A stretch of 64,000 bases of DNA from Octopus sinensis (lineage: Eukaryota), in assembly GCF_006345805.1 (NCBI RefSeq), contig NC_043001.1:18972001-19036000 (forward strand), given 5' to 3'. Numbering within the stretch: the stretch's first letter is position 1; each line of letters opens with the position of its first letter. Position numbers and translations under genes: made by a program. Shown in pieces: positions 1 to 13,562 of the stretch. The notes under the pieces were generated by a model, which saw nothing but the letters and a program-made list of their open reading frames with translations, was not told the DNA's origin and made no database searches.

Positions 1-876
1 TCTTTTTTCATGCCAGGTCCCCTTCATTTCGGAGAACATAGTCGGCCATAAGATTTTCAATATTTAATTTTTTTTTTCTCTAAATTATATACTTTAAGCA
101 TAACGAATTGCGATAATTGAAAAAAGAAAAAAGGACAAAAAATAAATTCAATTTTTTTTTATTCCTCAACAATCTCTTTAATGCATATGGCTTCATAATC
201 TTTGTTGCATAAATATTCATATACATGTGTGTGGGGGTGTGCGTAATATACATATATATGTGTATGTGTGTGCATATGTGTTTAAGTATACATACATATA
301 ATATAGATAAATTTAATATAGACGCCATATTAACAAAATAGGGGAGAGAATATTAAATGGAATTTGTGGAAATACCTACAATCCTGGATATAATGAATAG
401 ATAGATAAATAGATAGATAGATATATAGATAGATAGATAGATAGATTATGAGACAGATAAGTATGCATGTATAAATGCACACACACACACGCACACACGC
501 ACACGCACACGCACACACACACACACACACACACAGCTGTTATAATGACATCAAAGTCACGATGTCAGTGAAATCTACTCGGTCTTGACTCCACTTATGC
601 AGATATTCTCACCAAGCTTTTTAATAGTTTGTTACATTTGATTCGAGATGAAAATTCTGGTACCGTGCATTGCTTCTTAGAGCAACTCGATATATATACC
701 TGACAGTAAACCAAAACCATTTAATTCCAAGATTTTGTGTTTTACAACTGAATGAATTTGATAAAAGCATCTAAATATCAAGCATCAGGAAAATTGTTCA
801 AACTGAAGTCCTTGAACGACATATTTTTCCATTCGAGTTAATATAGAATTAGTGATAGTATTTATGGATATTATGG

Positions 877-947
<71 letters not shown>

Positions 948-952
948 ATATA

Positions 953-1435
953 CTAGCAGTATCGCCCGGCGTTGCTCGGGTTTGTAAGGGAAATAACTAT
1001 ATAAGCATTTTTAGAGAGTGCCAATTCGGGCTTTCTTAGCCATTTCTGTTTTGGTGTCTTCAAGCCATGAAGTCGTTGTTCTAAAAGAACGCTGGTCTCC
1101 TTGACAACGCTTTACGACGTTGATTTCCTTACACTCCCTTCCCCACAGCTTCACGAGGGAGGGAAGTAGGGGGAGAAGCAGGTGCAGGTGTGACCATGGA
1201 CGCCAACTCCGCCGCCATCGACACACGAAAAATTATGCATTAAAATGGAATAAAAAATGATGTTAAATTATTTTTAAAATCGTAGACTCATCGTAGACGG
1301 GCGCTAATACTTAGACGGGCTCGATATGAATCACGACTATAAGATACCCGAATTTGGTTAAACTGCACCGCAAAATGTGGGAGTAGTTAGGAATCTAAAT
1401 CGTCGGAGACAGACACTCACCACAACTACGTTTTT

Positions 1436-1445
<10 letters not shown>
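953..1445 (-). mobile_element. Non-autonomous Helitron
   Basis: 3' hairpin cccg-agcaacgc-cggg followed by CTAG|T; homologous to 48587-49099. The 5' end merges into (TA)n. Confidence 0.8.
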
Positions 1446-1482
<37 letters not shown>

Positions 1483-1569
1483 TATATATATTATATGTAT
1501 ATATATTTTATATATATATATATGTGTATATATCTACATCTATATCTATATCTATCTCTATCTCTTTCA

Positions 1570-1613
<44 letters not shown>

Positions 1614-1639
1614 GAACTTAGATAAACTTAGATATATTT

Positions 1640-1845
1640 CGACCAAGGATTGGTCCAGACCATGTCTAACTTAATAGCATCACCTGACAGGAATAACTAA
1701 GACAAGTTTTGTGGTATCATGGTCGATTCGAGTAGGGACTTCTTGCTGAGTGAGTTGTATTCAGGTATAGGTGGCTTATCTGGTATTCCTTGAAGAAATT
1801 TGTCCAGACTCCGTTTGAAGGTAATGGGATCATTATCATACATTA
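1640..1845 (-). pseudogene. 3' fragment of a CR1/L2-like LINE reverse transcriptase ORF
   Basis: Translates as FKRSLDKFLQGIPDKPP..YNSL. Confidence 0.55.
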
Positions 1846-2112
1846 ATAATGAAACAATTGTTCAGGGTTAATCTATTTTTTTCGTTATTTTTCACTTGCC
1901 CCACGTTAAATGTTGTGTTATTTCTCCTTGGAAACAATTTTTTAGTGGCTATACCATAGTGGATCTATTTTTAACACTAGAGTAGACCACATAGTGGTCG
2001 CTCTCTCATATTTATGTATAAATTTGTATTGTATCCCTGGTTTTTATGTGCTAAGCCACTTGGTGTTAAATTGATGGTATTATTAAATTAATATCAAATT
2101 TTTCACCCTCAT
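1845..2112 (+). mobile_element. Diverged, 5'-truncated relative of the 25-26 kb array unit, retaining the 3' half of the HHR
   Basis: cattaataatGAAACAATTGTTcaggg versus cattaatagcGAAACAATTGTCccaa; further shared blocks ccacttggtgtt and tttcaccct. Confidence 0.55.
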
Positions 2113-2138
2113 TTATATATATATATATATATATATAT

Positions 2139-2303
2139 ATGCATATAAAAAGGGATGACCACTAAGTGGATGTCCACTTAGTGGTCGTCCCTTCTTATAT
2201 GCATGTATTACAATTCTGAATTTTCAGATTTTTCTATATGCTAGGTCACTGGTTTTAAATTGATGTTAATTAAATTAAATTAATATTCAATTTATCACCC
2301 TCA
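2139..2303. repeat. 32-bp-arm palindrome (2139-2204) plus a second remnant of the same family
   Basis: atgcatataaaaagggatgaccactaagtgga-tg-tccacttagtggtcgtcccttcttatatgcat (2 mismatches). Confidence 0.7.
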
Positions 2304-2392
2304 CTATTTAAATACTTTCTTTCTCTGTCTGTCTCTGTCTCTCTCTTTCTCTCTCTCTGTCTCTCCCTTTCTCTCTCTCTCTCTCTCTCTCT

Positions 2393-2432
<40 letters not shown>

Positions 2433-2444
2433 AGAGAGAGCGAG

Positions 2445-3300
2445 TGAGAGAACAATGTCAAGTTTATTGCTTCTGTACCAGGTTTCTCTGGAATCTTCCA
2501 CCAATATTCTTCATTTTCAATGCTGTGGATGTACACATTCTGGTTTTTGTGAGCCTTTGTACGGCTGCAAACGATTTTAACAACGCTGTCAGGTCTCGTG
2601 AACCTCTTCCCTTGCAGACATTCTGCAACAGCTACTATTGATGAGCGTGATTATCTTCCTCAATGGTATGCCATAATCGACGAATTATATCACAATGTAA
2701 AGAGCTGGGAGCATTCTTATCTTCCTTATTCATCAAATGTTTAATAATTATCTTCTGTTCCTAATTAACAAAGATGTATCCTTTTAGGTGGAATGTGGTG
2801 CAGTTACTAATGAGATTGCTCACTTTACGAATCTTGCTGGTATTCTCTAGCTTTTGTGATATGTACCCATGTATGAAATTCTGCTAAATCAAATGGACAG
2901 CCGTACACTCAGTGTACCCGCATTGAAGCTCCTCATCTGCTTTCATAATATTGTTATTGATGCGTTCACTGTTATCTATATACAGAGTCTACTCATTTTC
3001 CCATTCATTGCTCAGTGGATGTTGTCAAAGCGATACGATGCACCGCAAAAAACCGCTTGGGTTGACCTTATGCCTCTGCTTTCGTCTCTCCGTTTAATAT
3101 AGATCGTGTCAGTGTCACTGTAGATGTATGATTTACCAGTTGTAGTTACTGATTGTTAGAATCTTCTTAATTTCTGTCTCTAAGTTGCAGATTTTTTTAA
3201 ATATCGTGTTCCCAAGGCTGTTGTGGGCAATGACGCTGGAGAGGCATTATGATATGCGATGTCGTTGAATGCAGACATTTCGGACTTTCAAACCTTCTGA
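2445..3300 (-). pseudogene. Decayed R4/Dong-like (restriction-like endonuclease) non-LTR retrotransposon fragment
   Basis: Frameshifted motifs SDTDTIYIKRRDESRGI (cf. RLYxxRxxGGRG), a zinc-knuckle remnant, EYWWKIP and NKLDIV. Confidence 0.55.
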
Positions 3301-3345
3301 AATCTTACTGAAGTATTTTTGTCGTCGTAGTTTTACAGCACCAAC

Positions 3346-3803
3346 TTTACTCTTTACTCTTTTACTTGTTTCAGTCATTTGACTGTGACCATGCTGGAGC
3401 AAATCGACCCCAGGACTTATTCTTTGTAAGCCTAGTACTTATTCTATCGGATCTCTTTTGCCGAACCGCTAAGATACGGGGACGTAAACACACCAGCATC
3501 GGTGTCAAACGATGTTGGGAGGACAAATACAAACACCACACCACACACACACACACACACACACACCACACACACCACACCACACATATATATATATATA
3601 TATATTAATATATATATATATATATAATATACATATATACGAACGGGCCTCTTTCAGTTTCCGTCTACCAAATCCACTCACAAGGCTTTGGTCGGCCCGA
3701 GGCTATAGTTGAAGACACTTGCCCAAGATGTCACGCAGTGAGACTGAACCCGGAACCATGTGGTTCGTAAGCAAGCTACTTACCACACAGCCACTCTTAC
3801 GCC
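3346..3803 (-). mobile_element. tRNA-derived SINE family A
   Basis: A box tggctgtgtggt, B box ggttcagtc, internal microsatellite, (gtaaaaga)n tail. Confidence 0.85.
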
Positions 3804-4287
3804 TATATAACCATGATTTTATAAAGAAAATCGTGTCTTTTAATTCTCTGAATATTTCAAAGAAAGTTTTCGTTTTTGTAAACCCATACTTCTTCACTGG
3901 AATTTCGATATCATCTGCTATGTGTATATGTGCGTACATAAATAAATATTCATATATGTATATATGTCCGCATGGAAATACATATGTGTGCATGTATGCA
4001 TGCATATAGTTATACATGTATGAATGCTTATGGTATGAACAATGTAGGTATGAACATTGTTTTTGTTTTTCCAAATTTATCCTCACGAGAAAGAGCTGCT
4101 TCCAAACCTTGAGACAAAGTTCTTTCAATGGAATTCACGATCAGGTGGTTACGAAATAAACGTATGTATGTACGTACGCACGTACGTACGTATGTATGCA
4201 TATGTATGTATGTACCAGTGCTTGAATGTGAGTATGAAAACGTAGATATCATTGCATGTGTGGATTTGCGTATTTTTCGTGGGTATA

Positions 4288-4701
4288 CAGGAGTGGCTGT
4301 GTGGTAAGTAGCTTGCTAACCAACCAAATGGTTCCGGGTTCAGTCCCACTGCGTGGCATCTTGGGCGAGTGTCTTCTGCTATAGCCTCGGGCCGACCAAC
4401 GCCTTGTGAGTGGATTTGGTAGACGGAAACTGAAAGAAGCCTGTCGTATATATGTATATATATATATGTATGTATGTGTGTGTTTGTGCATCTGTGTTTG
4501 TCCCCCTAGCATTGCTTGACAACCGATGCTGGTATGTTTACGTCCCCGTTACTTAGCGGTTCGGCAAAAGAGACCGATAGAATAAGTACTGGGCTTACAA
4601 AAAGAATAAGTCCCGGGGTCGATTTGCTCGATTAAAGGCGGTGCTCCAGCATGGCCGCAGTCAAATGACTGAAACAAGTAAAAGAGTAAAAGAGTAAGAG
4701 T
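4288..4701 (+). mobile_element. SINE family A
   Basis: Full head-to-tail copy. Confidence 0.85.
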
Positions 4702-4999
4702 ATACATATTTTACGTAAGTCTATTCGCGTGTATATGCACTCATTACATCTTAAATTTCTGGAATATTCTACATATTTTCACAGTTTAAGTAATAATCTG
4801 TTACTGGAATTTTTCAATTATCCATGTCCCTTCTGGATTCACGAAGCCCAGCTTCTCAAGACTGATGCTGAGGCAGTTAATTACATAACTGTGTGACTTG
4901 ATAATTATACGTATATATCTAAATCTATAGTTTGTGCAGAGTTTCTGCATATTTCGTATTAGTTCTCTGTAGGTGTTGCTTTCTACTTCGTTCTAACAT

Positions 5000-6640
5000 T
5001 ATATAAACATGTAGTAGAGCACCGATTTCCATACTTTCTCTGTGCATACTTTCTCTTCTCACTCCCAGGTTTTTATCTATGGTTTGTTTTAATCAAATTT
5101 TGCTGAGATTTTCTTTCTCTTATAACATTTTATATTTTTATCTTCAGGGCTATTCTTATAGCAGATTGGATATTATGTTTTGGTCACGAATAAATAAATA
5201 GCATCAGGCTAGGTAATTTATCTGATTCCCTATTTGTTTTGAGTATAGGGTATTTAGATGTTATTCCTTCTTTCAGGTTTGCTAAAGCATAATCTTCAGA
5301 TCGGGAGATAAAATGATGAGTTCAAGACAGACTACGCTGGATATGTTCGACTCAGTCACTAAAACTTTCTGACGATGTAGCTATGCATAACATTCTGCTT
5401 TGCTTATCAACGCTATATGAAAACGTTCGTCTGCTGTTCTGTTGCGGTAGACTCGCATCCTGGTTAAGCACCATTTCCACCCTCCAGATTTCTCTTGTGA
5501 AGAAGCCTTTTTATCATTCTAATTGCTGATTGATTTCAAAAGAATTTCATGTTAATTATTTTCCTTTCTTCTAATGGTGGCCTTTCTCGCTGTAAGACTT
5601 TAATTACTGTGTGAAGGAAATCAATTTAAGCGGATTGCCTTCATACATACAGAAAGAAACTTCAAAAGATTCTCTTTTTGCTATCTACGTACATTTTCGA
5701 TATTATCATTTTTCTAAAATTTTCGGTCGGACAGAAGTCTAGCTACTTAATCATTTGTATTTGATAACTATTGGGTTGTCCGGAAAGTACGTTCCGATTT
5801 TTAAAGGAAAGAAAAAGGTCAATAAATACTTGTCATTACATTTTAAATCAACCAAATATGAACCATTTTGTTGCACAATGCATCTCCATATTTCCTTTAA
5901 CTTGAAAATACCCTCTTCCAAGAATTGAGGTGGTTTCATGGCAAACAATTCAACAAGGTATCTTTTTACGTCATCCAAGGAATTGAAATTTTTACCATTA
6001 AGACTATTCTGAAGAGACCTGAATAAGTGGAAATCCGAAGGAGCAATATCTGGTGAATATGGAGGGTGGGGTAACACATCACAGCCGAGCTGCAGCAATT
6101 TTTGTCTGGTTTCCAAAGCATCAAGTGCTGAAAATGAACTTTCTTATCTTCCATTTTAAAGGGTTACAGAATTAACACAGGTTATAGGAATGTAAACCTT
6201 CCTCGACGAAGAGATAGCTTAAACTGTGCTCTAAATGGAGGTGTAGTCAAATCCTATTTTATGGGCTCAACCATTTTCTAAAATAAGTCGAAACGTAAGC
6301 TACTATAAATCGGCACGAACTTTCCGGACAACCTAACATTTCAATATGTTGGAATGATTTCAATAGAACAATACGTTTTTCTCTGTATAACAAGTTCAGA
6401 GTGGCAATTTGTATTGTTTTGCACTTATTTAATGTCATCGAGATATTGCTAACAATTGTAGAAAGGCAATATAAATAGGCATTTATTTGACAAAAGGAAA
6501 ATAGTCCGTCTCTGCCATGTGTATCGTTGATCACTGTCAGCATCGACTCTGTTGGTTAGATACTGTCTCTTTTTGCTGCATGTTTAGAAACGAATTAATA
6601 TTTTTGTGAAACATTTACAAATGTCTGTCAGTGGTTTGTG
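5000..6640 (-). pseudogene. Very degenerate LINE RT remnant interrupted by the mariner at 5771-6336
   Basis: QYLDDIK near 6430; LHKRNLEGGNG near 5480. Confidence 0.35.
5771..6336 (-). mobile_element. Internally deleted mariner (DD34D) element
   Basis: TIRs ttgggttgtccggaaag; C-terminal transposase fragment HPPYSPDIAPSDFHLF; TA on the left flank. Confidence 0.9.
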
Positions 6641-7004
6641 TCGTTCACTCAGCTCATTCACGATATGCGTATTATAGTAGTTGCTACTACAACAGCCACT
6701 GATAGAAGTGTCACGTGGCCTGTAAGACTACAGCGAGATGAAATAGGATCTGTCTCAGCTCGTTGTGTTGTACTCGGTAGCATAACTGCTTCACGGATGC
6801 ATATTCTATGCATTGATTGTTAATTGCGCATTATTTTTACTTTTGGTGCTAAATCTACAATCAGCACCCCTTTCCTTGAGTTTAAAAAGTGATTCTTGCT
6901 GGTGTAACTATTTTTCATAAAATAATTTAACATTTAGAAAAAAAAAAGAGCTTCACCTTAAAAGACATAATACTGTACCTAAATTTGAGGTTAGTAAACT
7001 GTTA

Positions 7005-7382
7005 TATTATGCTGGTCGTCTTCTGCAGCAGAAACTTGGACAAAGTACAAAGCACTGAAAAAGAAGGTAGATCGATTTTGAGATATGAATCTTTTGTAGA
7101 TTGGCTAGAATAAGCTGGAAGACAGAGAAACAAACGCTGCAATACAAGAAAAACTGAAAGACCAAAGACATCTATTGTGGAGAATCAAGAACAAAAAGCA
7201 TAATATTTTGGATATATTACGTGCCATGAATCATTGCTCAAGGCCATCCTGACAAAAAGTTGTGAAGGGGAAGAGAGCAAGATGCGGTCAATAAAGTTTG
7301 GTAACTGACGACATCAAAAAATGGGCCGGAAACAACAGCTTGGTTGATTCTATTCATGCAGCACAATATACAGGGAACTAGA
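7005..7382 (+). pseudogene. RTE-clade LINE 3' fragment
   Basis: Frameshifted motifs resembling AETWT, RISWK, YFGYI.RH, GKR and TDDIKKW; runs into the gap. Confidence 0.7.
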
Positions 7383-7482
7383 NNNNNNNNNNNNNNNNNN
7401 NNNNNNNNNNNNNNNNNNNNNNNNNNNNNNNNNNNNNNNNNNNNNNNNNNNNNNNNNNNNNNNNNNNNNNNNNNNNNNNNNN
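7383..7482. other. Assembly gap (100 N)
   Basis: Run of N. Confidence 1.
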
Positions 7483-7535
7483 AAGTGGTGGTGGCAGCTA
7501 CTGTCTTTAAAATGTTTCTCCTCAGCGAAGAACTA

Positions 7536-8091
7536 TTGGGTTGTCCGGAAAGTTCGTGCCGATTTATAGTAGCTTACATTTCGACTTATGGTTGAGTTCA
7601 TAAAATAGGATTTGACTACACCTCCATTTAGAGCACAGTTTAAGCTATCTTTTCGTGGAAGAAGGTTTATGTTCCTATAACCTGTGTTTATTCTGGAACC
7701 CTTTAAAATGGAAAATAAGAAAGTTCATTTTCCGTACTTGATGCTTTGGGAACCAGGCAAAAATTGCTGCAGCTCGGCTGGGATGTGTTACCCTACCCTC
7801 CATATTCACCAGATATTGCTCCTTCGGATTTCCACTTATTCAAGTTTCTGTAGAATAGTCTTAATGGTAAAAATTTTAATTCCTTGGATGACGTAAAAAG
7901 ATACCTTGATGAATTCTTTGCCATGAAACCTCTTCGATTCTGGGAAGAGGGTATTTTCAATTTAAAGGAAAGATGGAGACACATTGTGCAATAAAATGGT
8001 TCATATTTGGTTGATTAAAAATGTAGTAGCAAGTATTTATTGACCTTTTTCTTTCCTTTGAAAATCGGCACGAACTTTCTGGACAACCCAA
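7536..8091 (+). mobile_element. Internally deleted mariner element
   Basis: TIRs, TA duplication on both sides, same deletion junction as the other copies. Confidence 0.9.
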
Positions 8092-8261
8092 TATTTGCTC
8101 AGTTGGTAAGAAATAGAGATGGCTATTTTACATAGAAATATCTGGAACGTATTGTTTTATTTTTATCTTTTACTTGGAGGGTTGCATCGAAAAATCGAAT
8201 CCAATACTTTTTTTTGTTTTAGAAATGCGATAGTTTTGGTGAAGCATTGTAAGTTATAATT

Positions 8262-8565
8262 TTGTTTGTTCCTTCCCGAGCCATCCCTGGCTAATAGGGC
8301 CGGTTTCCCAGTTTCCTTGGCGTATAGATTCCCCACGTGGACGGGACGCCGGTCCGTCGTTGGTGAGCTGGAAGATACAGGAGGAAAGAGTGAGAGAAAA
8401 GTGTGACGAAAGAGTCAGCAGAAGTTCCCCATTACCTTCTGCCGGAGCCGCGTGGAGCTTAGGTGTTTCGCTCATAGACACACACATCGCCCGGTCTGAT
8501 ATTCGAACTCGCGATCCCTCGACCGCGAGTCCGCTGCTCTAACCACTAGGCTATGTGCCTCCGCA
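8262..8565 (-). mobile_element. tRNA-derived SINE family B2
   Basis: Head ggaggcacat(a/g)gcctagtggttagagc, (aaca/aac)n tail, duplication ttataatttt. Confidence 0.85.
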
Positions 8566-8599
8566 AATTATAATTTTAAAGAAGGTTTTTGTGTAAGGC

Positions 8600-9000
8600 C
8601 AGGAACATGCGAGAAGGTACAACATAAACTACAAAATGAAAAGAAACAGAACAAGGCTGCATTTTTACCTTGTACTTTTGTAATTCAGGGTGAAGACTTC
8701 TTCAGGACATTTGGGGAAAGCGGTATTTGGAAAAGGTCATTGCTCAGGTGTAAGTGTGTGAGGTAAGAGAGGAAGAAGGGAGGTGACATGCATTGACTGG
8801 TGTTGCTATAGCAACCAGTTTGCTTCGTGTAGTTCCTCCTTGTGGTTCATAACTGATCCCAGTTTATAAGAAGGGCTTCCATAATTCTGTGATTACCCCT
8901 TTTGCGTTGGATTGTCTTGATGGAAACTTTTAAATTCTGGGTTTGGTACTCCCTAATGTGTTTCTTTATTGAGTTTTCTTTTTAAATCCTGGTACAACCA
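8600..9000 (-). pseudogene. Degenerate Penelope-like 3' end
   Basis: RIMEALLINW..MN (resembles a GIY-YIG C-terminus) followed by a cCTGAAGAag HHR-core remnant. Confidence 0.4.
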
Positions 9001-9055
9001 ACAAGGGATATCAAACGAGAGTGGAATACAAACATGGAACAAATGCACACACATA

Positions 9056-9448
9056 GGCGTAGGAGTGGCTGTGTGATAAGTAGCTTGCTTACAAACTGCA
9101 TGGTTCCGGGTTCAGTCCCACTGCATGGTACCTTGGGCAAGAGTATTCTACCAAAGCCTTGTGAGTGGGTTTGGTAGACGGAAATTGAAAGAAGCCCGTC
9201 GTATATATGTGTATATATATGTATGTGCGTGTATATGTTTGTTTGTCTGTGTTTGTCCCTCCAACATCGCTTGACAACCGATGCTGGTGTGTTTACGTCC
9301 CCGTAACTTAACGGTTCGGCAAACGAGACCGATAGAATAAGTACTAGGCTTCCAAAGAATACGTCATGGGGGTCGATGTGCTCGACTAAAGGCGGTGCTC
9401 CAGCATGGCCGCAGTCAAATGACTGAAACAAGTAAAAGAGTAAAAGAG
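9056..9448 (+). mobile_element. SINE family A
   Basis: Full copy. Confidence 0.85.
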
Positions 9449-10014
9449 GAAGAGCGTATCGATGTATACATTACAAGCGAAAGTGAATGCGAACCATTTA
9501 TCTATGATTTGGAATATACAAAATAAAACGGAAAAATACTTCAGAGAGTGTTCTAAATACTAAATATCTTACACGGTAGAGATTCACAGATGTAATATAT
9601 TGCTTTCAAAAAATTAAATTATCTAAAATTATTATGCAAATAGAATACGAACCTTGCCTCTAGCGGGTGTTTAAAATCTTAAAAAGTTCGTGAGTGTTAA
9701 ATGAAGTTATTCTTACCATTCAAAATGCAGAACAATTCCCTCAATATTTTCTGACAGCCATTTCAATCATATTTATTAGTACTAACAATACTTTCCTCTC
9801 CATTTTTCTCTTCCGCTTCTCTCTTTCCGTCTGTCCGTCTGTCCGTCCGTCCGTCCGTCCGTCCGTCCCTACCTCCCTCTCTCATTCTCTCATTCTCTCA
9901 TTCTCTCTATCGCTCTCTCTCTCTCTCTCTCTCTCTCTTACTCACTCTCGCTTGCTCACCAGTTCTGTGTGTGTGTATGTATGCATATACACACATACAT
10001 ATATGTAGACATTC

Positions 10015-10096
<82 letters not shown>

Positions 10097-10104
10097 TTAT
10101 ATGT

Positions 10105-10335
10105 AAGGCGGCGAGCTGGCAGAAACGTTAGCACGCCGGGCGAAATGCGTAGCCGTGTTTCGTCTGTCGTTACGTTCCGAGTTCAAATTCCGCCGATGTC
10201 GACTTTGCCTTTCATCCTTTCGGGGTCGATAAATTAAGTACCAGTTTCGAACTGGGGTCGATGTAATCGACTTAATCCCTTTGTCTGTCCTTGTTTTTCT
10301 CCTCTGTGTTTAGCCCCTTGTGGGTAGTAAAAAAA
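10105..10335 (+). mobile_element. SINE family C
   Basis: Head ggcggcgagctggcagaa, core gtcgactttgcctttcatcc. Confidence 0.85.
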
Positions 10336-10363
10336 TATATATATATTTATATATATTTTAGTA

Positions 10364-10652
10364 GTGGAGGCACATGGCCTAGCGGTCGAGGGATCGCGGG
10401 TTCGAATTTCAGACCGGGCGGTGTATGTGTTTATGATCGAAACACCTGAGCTCCACGCGGCTCTGGCAGAAGGTAATGGCGAACTTCTGCTGACTCTTTC
10501 GCCACAACTTTCTCTCACTCTTTCCTCCTGCATCTTGCAGCTCACCTGCGACGGACCGGCGTCCCGTCCAGGTGGGAAACCTATACGCCAAGGAAACCGG
10601 GAAACTGGCTTTTATGAGCCAAGTGTGACTCGAGAAGGAACAAACAACAATA
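10364..10652 (+). mobile_element. SINE family B2
   Basis: Homologous to 8262-8565. Confidence 0.85.
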
Positions 10653-10663
10653 TATATTAGTAA

Positions 10664-10995
10664 AGGCGAATGGGTCAATGGTTAGAGAGTCGGGTTCATA
10701 ATCGTGAGGTAGTGAGTTCGATTCTCGGACCGGGCTGTGTGTTGTACTCTTGAACATGACACTTTATTTCACGTTGCTACAGTTCATTCAGTTGTAGAAA
10801 TGAGTTGTGACGTCACTGGTCCCAAGCTATAACTTTGCCCTTCCCTTGGATAACATCGGTGTCTTGAAGAGGGAAGGTTGGTATGCATGGGCGACTCTAG
10901 TCTTCCATAAACAACCTTGTCCTGACTTGTGCTTCGGAAGGTAACTTTATAGATGCAATCCCATGATCATTCATGACCGAAGGAGTGAGGGATCT
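10664..10995 (+). mobile_element. tRNA-derived SINE family D
   Basis: A/B boxes and core acactttatttcacgttgct. Confidence 0.75.
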
Positions 10996-10996
10996 T

Positions 10997-11034
<38 letters not shown>

Positions 11035-11215
11035 CGAGTAGAAATTAATATTATCAAATAATATCAATTTCAACTAGTAGTCAGGATACTTAAAGAACGT
11101 CCGAGGACCGTTATTTTATTTTTCATTGAGAAACACAGATTTCGTGGTGAGATGGTTTGACGTCTATTTTTAGCATACAAGTGATCCACATAGTGGTCTC
11201 TCCTATTGTTTATAT

Positions 11216-11269
<54 letters not shown>

Positions 11270-11735
11270 CACACACATATACATCTTTTCATATCTTAAT
11301 ACAGAGAAGTTCAAATAAGAATGATTTAGTCCTGGAACTTCTCTACATTAAGATTCTGAAATGTAAGGTTTTCTCTACTCTGATGTTAATTGCATCCATA
11401 CAGCTGCATCTTGTGATGAAGTAAATCTACCAATATTATTATGGATCACCGAACTCCTAGAAACAGCTGTTGGGCATATAACGCCTTTCTTCCATCCCTT
11501 TACTCTGTGTAAGCTGGAGCTATAAATATCTATATACTTATAAATAAAGATTCATCCTCTGAAAGCTTCCACCTTCTGCTTTCTCTCGTTTCGAATGTAT
11601 ACATATATACATATTTTATATTTGATGTATTTAATATATTTGATATATTTGATGTGTCTAACTTGTTTATCCGCATTTTTGCTTCACTCTATACATACGT
11701 ACATACATACATACATACATACATACATACATACA

Positions 11736-11765
<30 letters not shown>

Positions 11766-11766
<1 letters not shown>

Positions 11767-12315
11767 TGGGTTGTCCGGAAAGTTCGTGCTGATTCATAGT
11801 AGCTTACGTTTCGACTTATTTTACAACATGGTTGAGTCCATAAAATAGGATTTGACTACACCTCCATTTAGAGTACAGTTTAAGCTATCCTTTCGTGAAA
11901 GAAGGTTTATATTCTCATAACCTGAGTTAATTCTATGACCCTTTAAAATGGAAGATAAGAAAGTTCATTTTCGGCACTTGATGCTTTGGGAACCAGACTA
12001 AAATTGCTGCAGCTCGGCTGGGATGTGTTACCCCACCCTCAATATTCACCAGATATTGCTCCTTCGGATTTCCATTTATTCAGGTCTCTGCAGAATAGTC
12101 TTAATGGTAAAAATTTCAATTCCTTGGATGACGTAAAAAGATACCTTGATGAACTCTTTGCCATGAAACCACCTCATTTCTGGGAAGAGGGTATTTTCAA
12201 GTTAAAGGAAAGATGGAGACGCATTGTGCAACAAAATGGTTCATATTTGGTTGATTAAAAATGTAATGGCAAGTATTTATTGACCTTTAAAAATCGGCAC
12301 GAACTTTCCGGACAA
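11766..12315 (+). mobile_element. Internally deleted mariner element
   Basis: TIRs (right one slightly truncated); ORF 11986-12258 is a transposase C-terminus. Confidence 0.9.
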
Positions 12316-13562
12316 TACATATATGCATACATTATTACAGGCCATTTTTAGTGTCCTCATCAACAAGGTTCTTCACAACTTAGCAGGACCTAATGCCATC
12401 AGCATTTATGACAACTGAGTGTGTGATTATACCTTAATCCATGGGACATTATATCAGGTAAACGAAACTGAGACACCGTCTAGTGCCGTAGAGTTTGGGA
12501 TAGAGTTGTACATTAGATTGGCCAACATCGAAGGGTTTTTTTTTCAGTTCTGCATCTCCCCTCCTTCCCGACGCATGGCTACATTTTATACCTTAGAGGT
12601 CGACTTGATGTACTCTCGCGATATTTCAACTTCGCATGTAAGAGCGGCACGAATACCGTTGCTAGTTTACTGAATTTGCTTTCGGACTTTTTCCGATGTC
12701 ATGTCGCCTCACTGCCAGTTGCACGTTCACTATTCGGCTGTTACCCTCAATGATATCGTCAAAGAGGCTTGTTTTGGTGTAATTGCAGTCAGCGTAGTTA
12801 AACCGAAAGAATATTATCATAATCTTTCTGCCCAAAGCAGCAAGTTTCTAACCTGGGTTATAACCGGAAGCGATATTTCCTCCAGTGCAACCTGATGCAG
12901 TCGACATCAGGCATACGCTTCGTCGCTCGACAGGATCGAAATCGGATAAAGCATTGACGACTCTCTGACACGTTTCTTTCCGAACTTACAGCGCTGAAAA
13001 CGTCCCACATACCGAATCAAGTCCCTATTCAGTATATTCAGCGTAGCGATGCCATTCAGTATGTGTAGACATCGCAAGAGGCAAAGTCGCTCTTTCAGTT
13101 CATCTCCCTTGTCATTCTTCAGAACAATACATTCACGGTTTTCTCTATCGGGAGTACGGAGGAATTTGCGTAGCTCGCTTGGATTAATAAAATATTTAAA
13201 TTAGTAATAGGTGAAGTAATATTGAGTAAGAAGGTCATGCTCGTTAGTTTGGCATTTAGCTAAATTATTTAATTAATAGTCAGTTAGCAAAGAAGTTGTA
13301 AAATGCCAACCAGTTTGATTGGTTGGAAGTTTAAAGTTATTCAATCAGCCTTTGGACCAAGGGAAAGTCAATTATTGCAGATCATTTAAGTTTTGAAAAG
13401 TCTGTTCTCTCGTAGAAAATATTAAGAATTAAAGAAAAACACAAGATTATACGAATATGTTTTACGTAACGGCATTGTAATTGGCTCTCGTTTTGCTCAT
13501 CTTTTTCTCTCTCTTTCCCCCTTTATATATATATATATCACATCATCACATCACATCACATC

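Noticed and set aside
12400-13150. Possible Helitron/PIF1 helicase remnant on the minus strand
   Set aside because: Only vague similarity (TSNGIRAALT); no Walker A or DE motif found.
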